Positions 1 through 14,634 of a stretch of DNA of 64,000 nt are shown one piece after another. The DNA is from Octopus vulgaris (Eukaryota). A program made the position numbers and the translations under genes. The notes below the pieces were generated by a model. That model was not told where the DNA came from, did not search any database, and saw only the letters and a program-made list of their open reading frames with translations. The stretch lies in the NCBI GenBank assembly GCA_951406725.2, contig OX597815.1:146134001-146198000 (forward strand), in the 5' to 3' direction. How positions within the stretch are numbered: the stretch's first letter is position 1; the number at the start of each line of letters is the position of its first letter.

Positions 1-17
1 GCATATATGTATATATA

Positions 18-126
18 TTATTGTTCAGTTTTACTTCAAGGTTTTTTGCCACTAGAGAAAGAAGCAGTTTCTAACCTAGCCTCAAGGCTTCTTCATTGAA
101 ATTTCAACAACACCAACAGGATATTT
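18..126 (-). mobile_element. Short dispersed repeat, family A (Penelope-pLTR-like, hammerhead-like motif), copy 1
   Basis: About 105-bp unit recurring at 316-418, 4439-4549 (opposite strand) and 37873-37980; minus strand reads gaaatttcaatgaagaagcctt...aggttagaaactgct. Confidence 0.7.
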
Positions 127-315
127 GTGCATGTATGTGTAGTGTGCAATATCTGGAGTCAGTGCAAATGCAGATGTGATGTTTTGTTTGGTGTTCGTTT
201 GCTTGCGTGTATGTTTAAACACGTACTTATACATTATATGTGTATGTTTTTACTTTTCACTTCTTCTTCACAGAGTGACAAGGCTTCTGTGCATGCATGT
301 ATGTGTGTATGTATG

Positions 316-601
316 TCACTGTCCAGTTTTATTCCAAGATTTCTTGCCAATAGAAATTCTAACCTAGATCCAAGTAACCTTCATTTCAATTTCAACATCA
401 ACAACAGGATATTTTTGTATTCACGAATGCATGTATATATGTATGTATGCACGTATGTATATGTGCAGAGTTGTACGTTTTGTTTCATGTAAGTATTCTC
501 ACGCATATAGTTACATATCTAGACATGCTCATATATATGTAAATGATAAACTTCTGAAAAAATTTACAGAATTTTACAGTTCCTGTGATGGATTGGATCT
601 G
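316..601 (-). mobile_element. Family A repeat, copy 2 plus downstream module
   Basis: 316-418 matches 18-126 with an internal deletion; 517-583 (atctagacatgctcatatat...aaatgataaacttctg...tttacagttcc) matches 38081-38147, same order of modules as 37873-38148. Confidence 0.7.
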
Positions 602-907
602 TTGTCTTGTATGTATGTATGTATGTATGTATGTATGTATGTATGTATGTATACTCATGGGTATATGTATGTGTACTCATGGCTATAATTTTTTTTTCCT
701 CTCAGAAACTCTAAGATTGCATGTTGACATTGTTATAGGTTGTTCTACTTGTTATATACAAATATATTGAAGGATCAACTGACAACGATTTAGGGATATT
801 CCAGTCGGTTAGAACAAGTCCCCGGCAATTTGATCTTCCTAAAAAATATACGTGTGAATGTGAATATGTGTGTGTAGGGGGTGTTTACGTGTGTATATAA
901 ACACATA

Positions 908-1112
908 CGAAAGTGCGCTGAAATGTTCCTGGCCTTAAGGGGGTCAAGAAAATATTGGTTGGAGCCGCAACTTCACTAGTTCTTTTACATGGTTTAGAAA
1001 AGCTGAACGGCCGCTGCGATAATTGTGTGAATCTGAGAGAGGAATACCATAATTAACTAATACTCTTGTATTTTCTTTTATCTAAAGTCAGGGACTTTTC
1101 AGCACCCACCCT
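908..1112 (+). mobile_element. Mariner-derived MITE / internal-deletion derivative
   Basis: Imperfect TIRs cgaaagtgcgctgaaatgttcctggccttaa / taaagtcagggacttttcagcacccaccct flanked by TA; interior translates LHGLEKLNGRCDNCVNLREEY, like the mariner transposase C-terminus (GIxKLxxRWxKCIxxxGEY). Confidence 0.7.
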
Positions 1113-2115
1113 TACACACAAATGTATATATGTACACACATACATAGTATGCCGCTTGTTTCTGGATAGGAGGAATTAAAGGAAGAAAAGGAATTAAATC
1201 AACAAACCAAACGCAAAAACATTCAATTCAGCGGAGTGAAATCTTATTCAAGCATATAGCAGGAGCTATATATGAACTTCTGGTATCACGCTGAGAAAGT
1301 GGAATATTCGAGCAAGCTTATACGAAGCATACAGTGTACGATCAGGCAATCATTCTGGATCATATAGCAGAGTTAGTCAGTGAGAAAATACAAGAAAAAA
1401 GCGTGGGGAATTGTAACTGCACATTATAAAGGAGAAAAGAATAATTAGTTTCCTTCATATTTTTTCTCGTATTTTCTCATTAACTTGCCATATTACTTGA
1501 ACCTGAATGCTTCTCGAGTTGCATATGGTACGTCTTGTATTCAAATATGGCATCTCCCAAGGACGAAAAAAAGTTCATTTGTAACTTCTGCATTGATGAA
1601 ATAATATAATCATATACGTACAAGTTGTATATACAAATATATGTACGAATGCATATATATTATACATGCCTTCATGTATATATGTCTATATGTTTATATA
1701 TATATATATTCATATGTTTATATATATATGTGTGTGTGTTTGTATGTGTGTATACATATATATATGAAATTGTATATATAGGTATGTGTGTATATATATA
1801 AGAGTATAGTACGTGTATATGTGTATATTATACACACACACACACACGCACATACATAAAGACATTTGTATATATATATATATTAGACGTATATAGGGTG
1901 TGTGTATGTGTGTATGTACTTGTTTTTTTTAATCTTTCATAGACCATATCGAAGTGTTGAGACCGTGCGTAGCGATCGAATGTGTCATCCATATAATATA
2001 TATATATATGAATATGCACTTACACACACACATATATATACATACATACTGTGCGTGTGGTGTATATATACATATATATGTATGTATATAATAAATGAAT
2101 ATATATATATGTATA

Positions 2116-2172
<57 letters not shown>

Positions 2173-2778
2173 TTACATATATAGAAATGTGCACATACGC
2201 ATAATCTCACATATAATGGCTATGCGGTGTGTAAATTTGTCTGGTATGTATGAATATAAGTAGATGTAATAGTCTGTTTGCGTCGATCGTAGCCTGTATT
2301 TGGTTGACTGATGTACAAAGAGTAAATGCATACAATACAAAAAAAAAAGGTTTGTTGGTGAGTAAAGAAGAAAATAAACACAGGCGAATAATGTAATGAT
2401 CTCAACTATTGAACAAGTCATTCAAATATAGTGTTTATCCTCTTTACACATGAAACATCTTTTAGAAGATTCTATTGCACCAAGTTAAGAGAATCAATGG
2501 TAGCATAATTCCACTGAAAAGTTTGCTAGTTAGTATTTGTTAGCGGAGTCTGATCTGGATTCTGCTTTGTTGCTTATTTTCCATGTACTAAGTCTCTATT
2601 TGACTATTATTTCAAAAGAAATTCTTTTATAGACATTTTTTCTTTCATTATATGGTATCACCGGTAGTCTCCTCATGCCCCATTATAAATACATACATAC
2701 ATATATATATATATACATACCTACTTAAACACATACATACATACATGCGTACATACATGCACATACATACAGTTACAG

Positions 2779-2829
<51 letters not shown>

Positions 2830-3124
2830 TATGCGTGTGTATATATATATAAAGAGAGAGAGGGAGAGAGAGAGTCAGAGACAGATAGAGAAAGAGAGGG
2901 GGATATATATATATATATTGAGGGAGAGATAGAGAGAGATTGATACAGAGACAGATAGATCTTTGTACACATGCACGCACATGTTTGTATGTATATGCGT
3001 ATGTAGATGTGTATTTAGATATATTCATACACACACATTCACACTTACACATACATATATTGGTGCCTTGTTGTACCATTTGTCTACTTATATATATATA
3101 TATTTAGAAATTTACATGCATATA

Positions 3125-3172
<48 letters not shown>

Positions 3173-3722
3173 TGTACGTGTGCTTGTGTGCATCGTCTGC
3201 TTTTACGTGGTTTTGTTCAAGACCCTGATCAACCTATTGAATTTCAATCTCTGATGACCTTTTTCTCATTTCATTTGAGAAGCGTAAAAGAATTATTTGG
3301 TTGGGAAAGTTGTTTACTTATCAATGGGAGATGACGCTGGAGGATAAAACATACAAAGAGAGATAGAAAGAAAAGAGCGAAGGAGTGTGGGGGAGAAAGT
3401 CTCACAGAGATAGAAAGACATACAGAGTGGTGATGGGCAGAAAGGGAGTGTGGGAGGGAGAACAAGCAAGACATCAATGTAATGGCGAAAATGTAGTGTG
3501 AGGTAAACATCAAAATTTCAGTGAAGTGAAGCAGTGTTTGAGAAAAAAAGAAAACACCACTTGGAATGAAAAAGTGTTATATATATATTTGTATATATAT
3601 ATATGTATACATATATATATATATATTTGTATATATATATATGTATACATATACATATATATATGTGTGTGTGTGTTTATAGGTATATATATATAAGTAT
3701 GTACATACAGACACACAGAGAC

Positions 3723-3786
<64 letters not shown>

Positions 3787-4438
3787 TTATATACGCTCAT
3801 ACATTAAGTACAGTATAAATGACAGTTAGATTGAGAGAAAAGATAGAGAATGGAAGCATATGAACAATGACTACGAGAGAAAGTTCCATGTTTGTGTTCA
3901 GTACAAATATTCTAAGATCAATGCATGTGTGCAGTCAATGTTTTTAGAAGATTTTTGCATGTGTGCATCTCTGCCAGTAAATGTTCCACTAGCTCTTCGT
4001 GTGTTTGCGTGAATCTGTATTTATGTGTGTTTGTGCGCTTGCGTAGTGTGTGACCGTGTGTTTGTGCGTGTTTCTGTGTATGTTAGTATGGCTATGTGTC
4101 TTGCGTCTAAGGATTCGTTTCCGTGCGAAAATACGGCTTAACCTTGATGCAAGATGGAAAGAACGATAAAGAGATTTCAAACGAAGGAAGAATGAGAAAG
4201 AAATTGTGTGAGAGAAAGAGACTGTGAGAGAGCCGAGAGGAAAAATGATAGCGAGTATGTTGCTATGGTTTCTAAAGTCATACATACACACACACACATA
4301 CATACATACATACATACATACATACATACATACATACATACATACATACATACAGCGAATATGTTTCTATGGCTTTTAAGGTCTCTATCTCTGTGAATAT
4401 TAAGTGTCCCTGTTCACAGATGCTACATACACACATAC

Positions 4439-4549
4439 AAAAATATCCTATTGTCGATGGTAAAATTCCAATGAAGGAGCCAAGGATCTAGGTTAGAAAA
4501 CGGCTCTTACTCTATTGGCAAGAAACTTTGAAATAAAACTGAACAATGA
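4439..4549 (+). mobile_element. Family A repeat, copy 3
   Basis: Reverse complement of the unit at 18-126 and 37873-37980; reads aaattccaatgaaggagccaaggatctaggttagaaaacggctc. Confidence 0.7.
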
Positions 4550-4716
4550 TATACTACATATATATGTCTATATATATGGGTGTGTAAATTTATATTTATG
4601 TTTATATGTACGTATATATGTATGATGAAACATATATACACTGCACCCACCGATACACGTATCTGTGATTTACCAAATGTTTATTCATTGTTCATGTATA
4701 TTAATATTTCGTATTA

Positions 4717-4758
<42 letters not shown>

Positions 4759-4857
4759 TATAAATAAGTTGTTTATAAATTTAACCTTTAATGCTATTTT
4801 TTAATATGCAGGCCATTGATAAAATTTTGTTTTTCGAAAAAATTTTATCCTACATTA

Positions 4858-5271
<414 letters not shown>

Positions 5272-6205
5272 TATATATATATATATAAATTTGTAACAAA
5301 TGTATAAATGACAATGATATTAAGTCAATGTAAATGCCCATCTATTTATAGCAATGTATAGATGACAGTAATATAGCATCTTTGTATGTATGTATGTATG
5401 TATGTATGTATACAATCTATGTATACATGCATACATTCATACTGACACTTACACACGCACACATATACACACATACACAAACTTCTCAAAACTGCAGTAG
5501 CATTATTGTTAGTTGTGTGCATTTGTGTATGTTTTATATTCATTAATAACATAACAATGAGAGATGCTTTTTAAGTGTGTGAGTCCGTACGTTACTTTTC
5601 ATAACTAGAATAAATGTTCCTCTGTACATTGAGGAGAAATTTGCTTTTTATTTGAAGGACTACACACCTTGGCATATTACTATTTGCATGTGCGAAAGAA
5701 TAGTTCCTCACTTTTCGTATGCGTATATGTATATTATTTTTATCAGTCTATGCGCAAATGTAGTTCTCTGCATTTGACGTTTTATGCGTATACGCAGTAT
5801 TTACCTCTGCATATATATATATATATATATAGGCTGTAGTGGTTTGCGAATGCATATATAAATGTGGGTATATGTTCGATGTCGTGTGTTTGTGAGTTTC
5901 TTAGAATGCTGTTATCTGAATTCCAGAAAGTCTGTCTCTCTACACGATTTTAATCTGAATACACACTCACATGTGTGTGTATGTGTGTGAGCGCGAGTTC
6001 ATGCGTGTGTGGGCGCGTGCGCGTGAGGATGTCTGTGTGGTGTGTATATGTATGCATATTTTGTGTGTGCGTTTGTATGTCTGTGCATATATGTATTTAT
6101 GTGCATATCTTCATGTAAGCTTATATATGTTAGTATTCGTGTATATATGCAAATGTATATATATATATACGCAAGACTTTATGCATGCAAGTGTGCGCGA
6201 CGTAC

Positions 6206-6251
<46 letters not shown>

Positions 6252-6293
6252 ATGCGTGTGTGTATATATATGTAAATATATATATATATGCGC

Positions 6294-6324
<31 letters not shown>

Positions 6325-6764
6325 ATATATATGCACTTATGTATATATATATGCATATATATATACATATATACACATGCACACTGAAGTATCTTGATAT
6401 TTTAAAAGTTTAGCGACCAGAGATAAAAAGTGTTCTCATGAAGGTGAGAAATAGATAATGCGATATCTATTTTAAATCACCTCAGGACTAAGCATGCTGC
6501 GATAAGATTTAAACTAACAATTTAATTTCTCGGTAAATGGAATTTAAATAGATTTTATGGCTTTTACGAACAACAACAATAACAAGAACAGCAACAACTG
6601 TGCCATCATAAATATAGCGACAGCATAATCACCATGGAAAATGTCAGCGAATTAAACTGCGCTCGGCGACTTTGAATTCTTTAATGAAATGCTACACCCA
6701 AGGTATTATATTGGGAAAACTAGCTATAGATATGTATGCATGTATGCGAATATATATAGATAGA

Positions 6765-6959
6765 TATATTTTAAGTAAAATGAGACAACAAAGCCAAGGC
6801 AGTGTGAAATTTTAGGACATTTATAAAAGAAAGGCGAAGCTTACAGCTGTTTCGTGGATATTAGGAATAACCCTTCATTGGAGACGATATGAGAGAGTTA
6901 AATATTTAACACTCTCATAACGTTATGTTTTATATCAGCTGACATACAAAGAAATAAGA

Positions 6960-6968
<9 letters not shown>
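6765..6968 (-). mobile_element. Short repeat, family B (Penelope-pLTR-like) with degenerate hammerhead at 6838-6885
   Basis: Minus strand gtct-ccaatga-agggttattcctaatatccac-gaaa-cagctg-ta-agc; downstream sequence aligns with 60301-60372; flanked by TA-rich repeats. Confidence 0.65.
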
Positions 6969-7002
<34 letters not shown>

Positions 7003-7174
7003 TATACATAGGGATTTATTTCATGTATATATCTATGTTTGTGTATGTATGTGTATAGAGAATGAGAAAGCCATATCGAAATATATGTATATTCCCAAAC
7101 ACACACACACACATATATGCATACATATCTTTATGTAGCTTATTTTATATATGTATATATATGTATATATATAT

Positions 7175-7475
7175 CACCGTGACCGACCAGACTATCAGAT
7201 ATTGCTACACATCGCTAGCCACAATGCGCTTCGCATCGTTTTAGCCTTGAAAAGACACCACCCCGCTCGCTAAGCGAGCAGGCCAACAGAAGAAAGAGTG
7301 AGAGAAAGTTGTAGCGAAAGAATTCAGCAGGAATCGCCACCACTCCCTGCCAGTGTCTCGTGGAGCTTGAGGTATTTTCCCTCAATAAACACTCACGACG
7401 ACCGGTCTGGGAATTGAAACTGTGATCCTACAACTGCGAGACCGCTGCCCTAACCACTGAGGCATTGGTACATCC
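7175..7475 (-). mobile_element. tRNA-derived SINE
   Basis: Minus-strand head tgcctcagtggttagggcagcggtctcgcag...gtttcaattcccagaccgg with Pol III A- and B-box-like motifs, about 300 bp, lying between microsatellites. Confidence 0.75.
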
Positions 7476-7574
7476 ACACACACACAGATATATATAGAGA
7501 TAGATAGATAGACAGATAGATAGTGAGAATTTACAAAAAGAAACAAACAAAAGACAGAGATGGATGTGTGTGTG

Positions 7575-7608
<34 letters not shown>

Positions 7609-7623
7609 CATACATATATTTGA

Positions 7624-7890
7624 AGGCGCATGATGTGGTGGTGGTGTTGTACTTCCGATCTGCATCGGGTGGTGCCTTATATTTGTGAGCAAAACACGTC
7701 ATATCACATTGCTCCGCGAATACTTCGTCATTTCACGCGTGGTACATCATGCACCTGTTCAGTCAACATTGATTCGAAGAAGGGAGTTGACTATTGTGCG
7801 GTATGAACATTTGATCACTATAAATAAATGATTTGTGCCGGTCGTTCGACAAAAGCTGATGGCTCGTACACAGTCTTCGACGGGAGAGTG
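7624..7890 (+). mobile_element. Degenerate SINE (CORE-like central segment)
   Basis: aggcgcatg head; gtgagcaaaacacgtcatatcacattgctcc resembles the ttgagcaagacactttatttcacg segment of the SINE at 16728. Confidence 0.45.
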
Positions 7891-8685
7891 CTTACATATA
7901 GGTATATAAGCATTAAAGAAAAGGAAAAAGAAAACCACTTTTACTTGGTCTCTGACAGATTGTTTATATATCTCTTATTCGTTTACTATTTATCTCTGTA
8001 GCCTCTACATGCATTTCTTATATGTCATATTCCCTACATATAAATGGATATTAAATATCATACTTGCAGGAGGGCGGTAAATATTACAAATTTTTTCAAA
8101 CACAAGATGTACAACGTTGCAATGAGAGACTCCAGCTGTTTAAAAATATATCATTAAGTTCTGTGTAATTTATTTGGATGCCTTTCCACTTCTCAGACTT
8201 CGATGCAGAAAACATGCATCCACGAAAATGTGTAAATATATGTAAACACACTCAGATACTCCCGTATATGTGTTTATGCGTGTGTATACATATTCACAAA
8301 CATATGTGAACACACTCACATACACACAGAGACTTGTATTTATAGTATATTGCAACGATCGTTTTGTTACATTATATACTGAAGAATATTAAGTTCTACA
8401 ACATATTGAGTACTAAAGTGGCAAGTAGCCCACTTCATTTGAAGCAAATTGAATGAAGATATCACAGTATATATACCTTTCTCGCTGTGTGTATATGAAC
8501 ACACACACAAATACACACACACACATACACACATACACACACACATATATATATATGTGTATGTATGTATATATATATATATATATGTGTATATATATAT
8601 ATATATGTATGTATATATATATGTGTGTGTGTATATATATATATATGTGTGTGTGTATATATATATGTATGTGTGTGTATGTATA

Positions 8686-8749
<64 letters not shown>

Positions 8750-8750
8750 C

Positions 8751-8792
<42 letters not shown>

Positions 8793-9387
8793 GCATGTAT
8801 CCATATTTCTGCGTGTACATGTGACTATGTTTGTAAACAACAACAAACACCTTTATTCAAAGGTTGTAACAATGTATAAATGTAGACGCACTCAGGAGAT
8901 TATCCATGTGTGGTTGCCGCCGTGTGTTTAAATTCATAATTTTTTTTCTAATGTATTTATCAATGCTATCTAACTCACTAATTTATTTGCAGTTCTACGT
9001 TATCGGTGTCAATGCAAAAAGTCGTTATCGAGAAATTCTAAAATAATTAGTATCAGAAGAATGATCATTTTTTAACGCTGCTGTTATAATTAGTAACTTC
9101 ACGTTATACTATTTTAACCGCACTGAGAACAAATTGCAGGTGGTTTAGATATTGCAATATTGGATAAACACCGGTTAAATGCCGACTTTTTCTTTCCTGT
9201 TAGATGCATTGTACTCTGCCTTTGGCAAATACACATAGCAGAAAAAACTATTTACACGTTTATAAGTAAATTAGTGTTTTGTTAATAGGACTTTGTTTTG
9301 TTACTATATGATGCACTGTAGAAAGTACCTAAAGATTTTTAGCCAGCATAGAATGTTACTACGAACAGATATATTATTTATCTGTCT

Positions 9388-9388
9388 G

Positions 9389-9484
<96 letters not shown>
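9388..9484. repeat. (TCTA)n microsatellite
   Basis: Directly visible. Confidence 0.97.
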
Positions 9485-9485
<1 letters not shown>

Positions 9486-9670
9486 GTCCGACTCTCTGAC
9501 TGTTTGTCTGCTTGTCTCTCTAGCTAGCTGGCTAGCCATGCCTGAAACGTCTTTTCACTCCTATTTTCCTATTTTCCCACCTAATACATTCACTGAGCGT
9601 CACTCTAATGTATTCACTGTGCATGTCTAATTGAATTTTGTTGTTTTTCCTATTTTATTTATTTGCTTAC

Positions 9671-9710
<40 letters not shown>

Positions 9711-9859
9711 ACATTTATTAATGTTTGTTCTCATGATCAGTTAAAATACACACAATTTTGCATTAAAATGATGGGTTACTCTATATCTCTGTAGACTACA
9801 AATTTATTTTTTACTATGATAAATTAAATAAGTATCCTAATAAGGTTAGAGACTTAAAA

Positions 9860-10317
9860 GGTGGCAATTGTAGGGATAAAAACCACTGTAAAATTAAAGG
9901 TAGATGTAATTTAACTGATGTAGTATACAAGTGTGTGGTTTCTATAAACGAAGATAAGAATGAACTAAGTGAAATAAATAATAAGTATTGAAAGAAATTC
10001 AGATAGAACATATATTGGTTCGACATCGAATAAACAACGAGTAGCACATTAAAAAATTCATTAGAAATAAGAAATTAATGAACTCGACAGGTTTGACTAA
10101 ATACATCTGGAGTTTAAAATTGAAGCGAATTAAATATAAAATTAAGTGGGAAATAATAATAAAAAACAAAACGTATGGAATTGGGAAGAGACTATGTTTG
10201 TTGTGTACCGATGAATTCATGGCGATATTATGGGCAAAAACTAAACTACTTAATGCAGAGTATGAAAGAAAAATTAAATGTAAGCACAAACTGAAGTGGT
10301 TAATTAATAAAATCTAA
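9860..10317 (+). pseudogene. Penelope-like element GIY-YIG endonuclease relic (frameshifted)
   Basis: Translates in pieces: NCRDKNHCKIKGRCNLTDVVYKCVV, TYIGSTS, then ORF NSTGLTKYIWSLK...IKWEII...Y...CLLC..E...LLN.E....CKH. This matches the PLE pattern CNCR..CP..G.C...VVY / YIG / STxLSKYIW / CxLCxxE / CRH. Confidence 0.8.
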
Positions 10318-10986
10318 CCCTCAAGCAAATAAACATAAATTAATCGTTAGACATTACTATTAGACACTATTATTTAAATTTAACTTATTATTTGAGTTGG
10401 GGAGTGATGGTTGTGCCCTGGTGGGAAGGTGGGTGAATAAAACTGAAAGAAATTGATGAATTGTTCCCATAATGCATTTATTTTCTCTCCCACTGTCAGT
10501 AATATGCTAATAACGTAAGAGTTTAAAAGAAACAGTTAGTATGTATGAGTATAAATACACTCACATACCTTTGCAGGGTAAATTGGAACTAGCTCAATTT
10601 AGCGCCATGATATACATTTTACCTTTTACATTTTAAATTAAGTTTAGTATGTCAATTCTAATTATATTTATTTCTAAAATTAATATAATTAATTACAAAA
10701 TACGTTGATATACTGCAGAATACATTCGACATGTAAGTAATAAAATTGAATAATTCGAGAGTTCTAGTAGTGTTCTAGGCAGCAAATAATTATATGAATC
10801 CCACAAGAAGAGGACTAAACATTATGTCCGGGGAAGAGAGGAACCTGACACTTTGGACACAACACTTCATCGTTAGAGTGATTCAATGATATTACACGTT
10901 CACACTTTAACTTATTTTTTATCAACTTTTTCGTCTAAACACAGATATTGAAATGCAACAGCAACCATATCAATATCCGCAGCCAA

Positions 10987-11208
10987 GGAATGCTTTTAAA
11001 ATTGCCAAGTCTGGCCCTTAACCTATGATAAACAAACAAACAAAACAAAGAAAGTAGTTTATACGCTGAAACGGAAACTGGGTTGCAAAATCCGAAGTCA
11101 AAGAATGTTTTTAAAATTACCAAGTCTGGCCCTTCACATATGATTAACTTAGAAAAAAAATTACTCGTTGGAACGGAAACAGGGTTGCAAGATCAGTTGG
11201 CCGAATGT
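10987..11208. repeat. Imperfect tandem duplication, period about 115 bp
   Basis: gaatg.ttttaaaatt.ccaagtctggccctt and aacggaaac.gggttgcaa each occur twice. Confidence 0.8.
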
Positions 11209-12342
11209 TTGACTCTGCTTTACGAAGTGTTCGCCACAGTTATTTATTATGAACAACAATATATCTCGTCTATCATTCTAATGTCAGTCGTAACAATATA
11301 TCTTTTGTATTTTTCTAATTCTCGTAAATAATATAATACGAAGAGCATATTCAAAGAAAGGAGTATTTTTATACATAGAGTTATAAGATACTGAAGTCTT
11401 GTTTTCACTTGCATGAAAAGAATCGCATAAAAATTCTATTTTAGGAAAAATATTCCCTATTAAACTAATCTGGATTCATATTAGCGCGTGTGCGTGCGTT
11501 TTCTTTTATATTGAATAATAATAAAAAATAATAACAGATGTCAGCTATTAGTCATTTTTTCGCAAATTGTGGTGAATTTTATTTTTATTATAAACTCGCT
11601 TCCATTCTATCTTTGTCAGTTCTTGTCCGGCGTAACTGCTTCCTTTAAGTGTTTTTTGTTGTAATTTGTGTTAATTATTCTTGTTTTCTTTTTAATTTTT
11701 TTTCTAGTACAAGAAAAATAGCAAAAGTTCTGACACGACCAAACAGTCGTTTATAAACCAACATAACTGATCAAAGTATCGATGTATGTAAGTGGGTGTA
11801 GCAGTAGAAAACTCTAATTCACTAGAAAACGCTTATTAGAGAAAACTAACTTTTATGCAAAGTTTTAAACTTTGAAAAGTTTTGCATAGATGAAATTTCT
11901 TTTACCTTTAGGCGCCTGTCTTACTGGATAAAGTGAAACAGATAAATATCTGTCTTGCTGTGTTGCATTGTGAAATGAGACTGCTGTCCAACTGGTTTCT
12001 TACTTATGCCGATTACGAATGCTAATTTACAGATATCTATCTATCTATCAAGAATCAAACATATTACTTTCACCGAACCTAAGACGTCAGTTCATAGCCT
12101 TAGGATTATTTTGGTATTGATGTAAAAAAGAATTTGCATGTTTTATTTTCTTGGAATTTATATTTAATACACCTTAATTATTTTATACAAGTAACTAAAT
12201 AAATGAAAGTACATTAAATGGTAGGCTCATGGATTTTGGCTCACACAATTTTGAATTCAAATCCTTTACTGGTTTACTTTCATCTTCCCTTAGAATCAGC
12301 ACAATCATTGCATCATTGCATCTTTGCATTGTCGATCCAATA

Positions 12343-12377
<35 letters not shown>

Positions 12378-12879
12378 TGTGTGTGTGTGTGTGTGTGTTT
12401 GACTGTGTATACATACACACACGCTTCAATATAACTGTTCACAAATATACGCAATAAACATTTAAAATGATATTACATGAGTAAATGTTCGTGTTTCGTT
12501 CACTTAGCATTTCAATGCTTCATAGAATCTATTGAAGCAAATATCTAGAGTGCTGACATAAATTCCTAGTAATATTCAATATCATTCTTTGAAATTCTAG
12601 TGCAGATAATGCCGTTACCAAATGTGTTCTATCTATACAGATCAGCCTATACAGAAAACTAATACGTGTTCGTTTCCAAGAACTATACACGTTCGCGCTA
12701 AAAGTATCGTGATTTATCAAAATAGGAAATTATTATTAATGATTATGATTCCATCAGTTTCAAATTTTGATGCTTGGATTCGTATATGATATTCTGCAAA
12801 CCCGAATGAGACTGAATGTCCTCTATTGTTTCTATTATTTCTGTGGGCAGAAATCCTGTCCGTTTTATGTCAGTGTATC

Positions 12880-13146
12880 TTTTAGCTTCATGCTTTTCTT
12901 GTTTCAGGCATTGCGCAGTGGCCATGCTGTGGAACCGCCTTGAAGCATTTTTAGCCGAATGAATCGACACCAGTTCATATTTTCCTACAAACCTGGTATT
13001 TATTCTATCGGTCACTTTGCAAAACCGCTAAGTTACGGGGACCACAAACACACGAACACCTGTTGCCAAATGATGGTAGGGGACAAACTGTAGTAGAAAA
13101 ATCCGGAAACGTATGGTTGGGAAGCAAGCTTCTTAACACATGGTCA
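12880..13146 (-). mobile_element. Major tRNA-SINE family, degraded copy
   Basis: Aligns to the reverse complement of the reference copy at 28066-28406 (tail gcagtggccatgctg...accgcct; accgctaagttacgggga; ggttgggaagcaagcttctta). Confidence 0.75.
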
Positions 13147-14634
13147 CCCCTAAAATCATTAAAGAATGAAGGCCCCCCCCAATTCATTTGACCAACCAGA
13201 AATTATGATAGTAATTGTATATGGTTTAAGTTTCTTTTGCAGGGCTAGTCAGTTACTAACATGTAAGGTTATCATTCAATTTTTAAAACAAAAGAGTTTT
13301 TTTTATCAATTACAAATCATGAAACTTAAAATCAATCTTAATTCTAATTACATTTAGAATCAAATTTAAGGGAAATTCAATTTTTATGGTGGCAATTTAA
13401 CCAACAGAACTGGTAACAAAATGAGTGTGAAAATTTATAAACCAATGAAGGCTTATTTCCTGCCTGTCCTATTCCGCTAAGGAAATATTTGTGCTCCTAA
13501 GTCCACCATTACATCTATTAAATGCTGAAGTGAGGGGCAGTATTCTACTGTTATCAGTGGCTGGGATGTAAGAATATCTGGTGTTTTATAAGATTGACAA
13601 ATCAAGTTAATGTATAGAATAAGGTTAATTTCATTTGCTGTTCTCTTTGCCTAAGCGCTCTATGCGCAGTTAGGTGAAACATTGCTTTAGTAAGTGTTGA
13701 GGAGTAGACTAGCACACAACATTTAGAAGGGATTGTAAGATTGGAACAATATGGTATGCATCCTCGGGATAAGGGAAATAACTGCTGAAAGACAAGTGTT
13801 TACTCAACACTCATCGTTTTAACATTACAGAAAATGCGGATGAGAACTGTTCCTAAGCCTCTTTGTGTCGGAAAAGACACAGCAGCCATCGTCTTCACCA
13901 TTTATTTGCTATGAAATAATATTAACAATAGAAATAATGCCATGAACTTAATGGATTTGTATATTTCGCGTACTCTCAGTTGCATTTTTTTTCTTTATGT
14001 TATTTGCTTTGCATTAAAAGTAATTTGATTGTTATTTGTATCCAGGTAGCTAACATTTATTAAGATTATAATTCTATTAGGACATTAAAGATTTATACGA
14101 GATATTATCTCTCTCACTCGTTTATCGCATATCATTTTTTATTGTTGAAAATATATGTAGTCAGATTGGTGCGTTAATATTTATTTTCGCTCTTGTCCAC
14201 CAATAAAATAATTATGTCTTTTCTTTCAGATTTTGCTTGGCGCCGTATAATAGAATGAAATATTAAATTTACTATTGTCTTGCTTTCATCGAAATACAAT
14301 TCTACACATTAGCAATGGCCATCAATATTTTATTGAAAATTTCTTATAATATGGATTATATTATCCATTGAGTAATAGATTTAAATGAGATGTTTAACTT
14401 GAGGAAAGCTTTTAACGCTGGTGCGTTTTATTGATTTTGGCAATTTCGAGTATTAAACATATTAGTATATGTGGAAAAGAAGAAAAAAACTGAAATATTC
14501 ATTTTGCATATTTGAAACAGCCGGATATGTAAGTTTTGAATTATCCGCTTGGCGCTTGTTGCTATAGCATTGATCAGATCTAGCCAGTACATTCCTGGCT
14601 TCTATAGATTCTTCAAAGCGTAATGGTTATATCT

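Noticed and set aside
3251-3290. CTGATGA followed by a ttctca/tgagaa hairpin
   Set aside because: No GAAA after the hairpin and no stem I or III; chance match
10713-10740. ctgcaga-a-tacat tcgac atgta-agtaa downstream of the Penelope relic, possibly a decayed hammerhead
   Set aside because: Both core blocks deviate and no stem I or III can be drawn; unsupported without a family consensus
14230-14258. Short terminal exon after ttttctttcag (DFAWRRIIE*)
   Set aside because: A good acceptor alone is expected by chance in AT-rich DNA; too short to support
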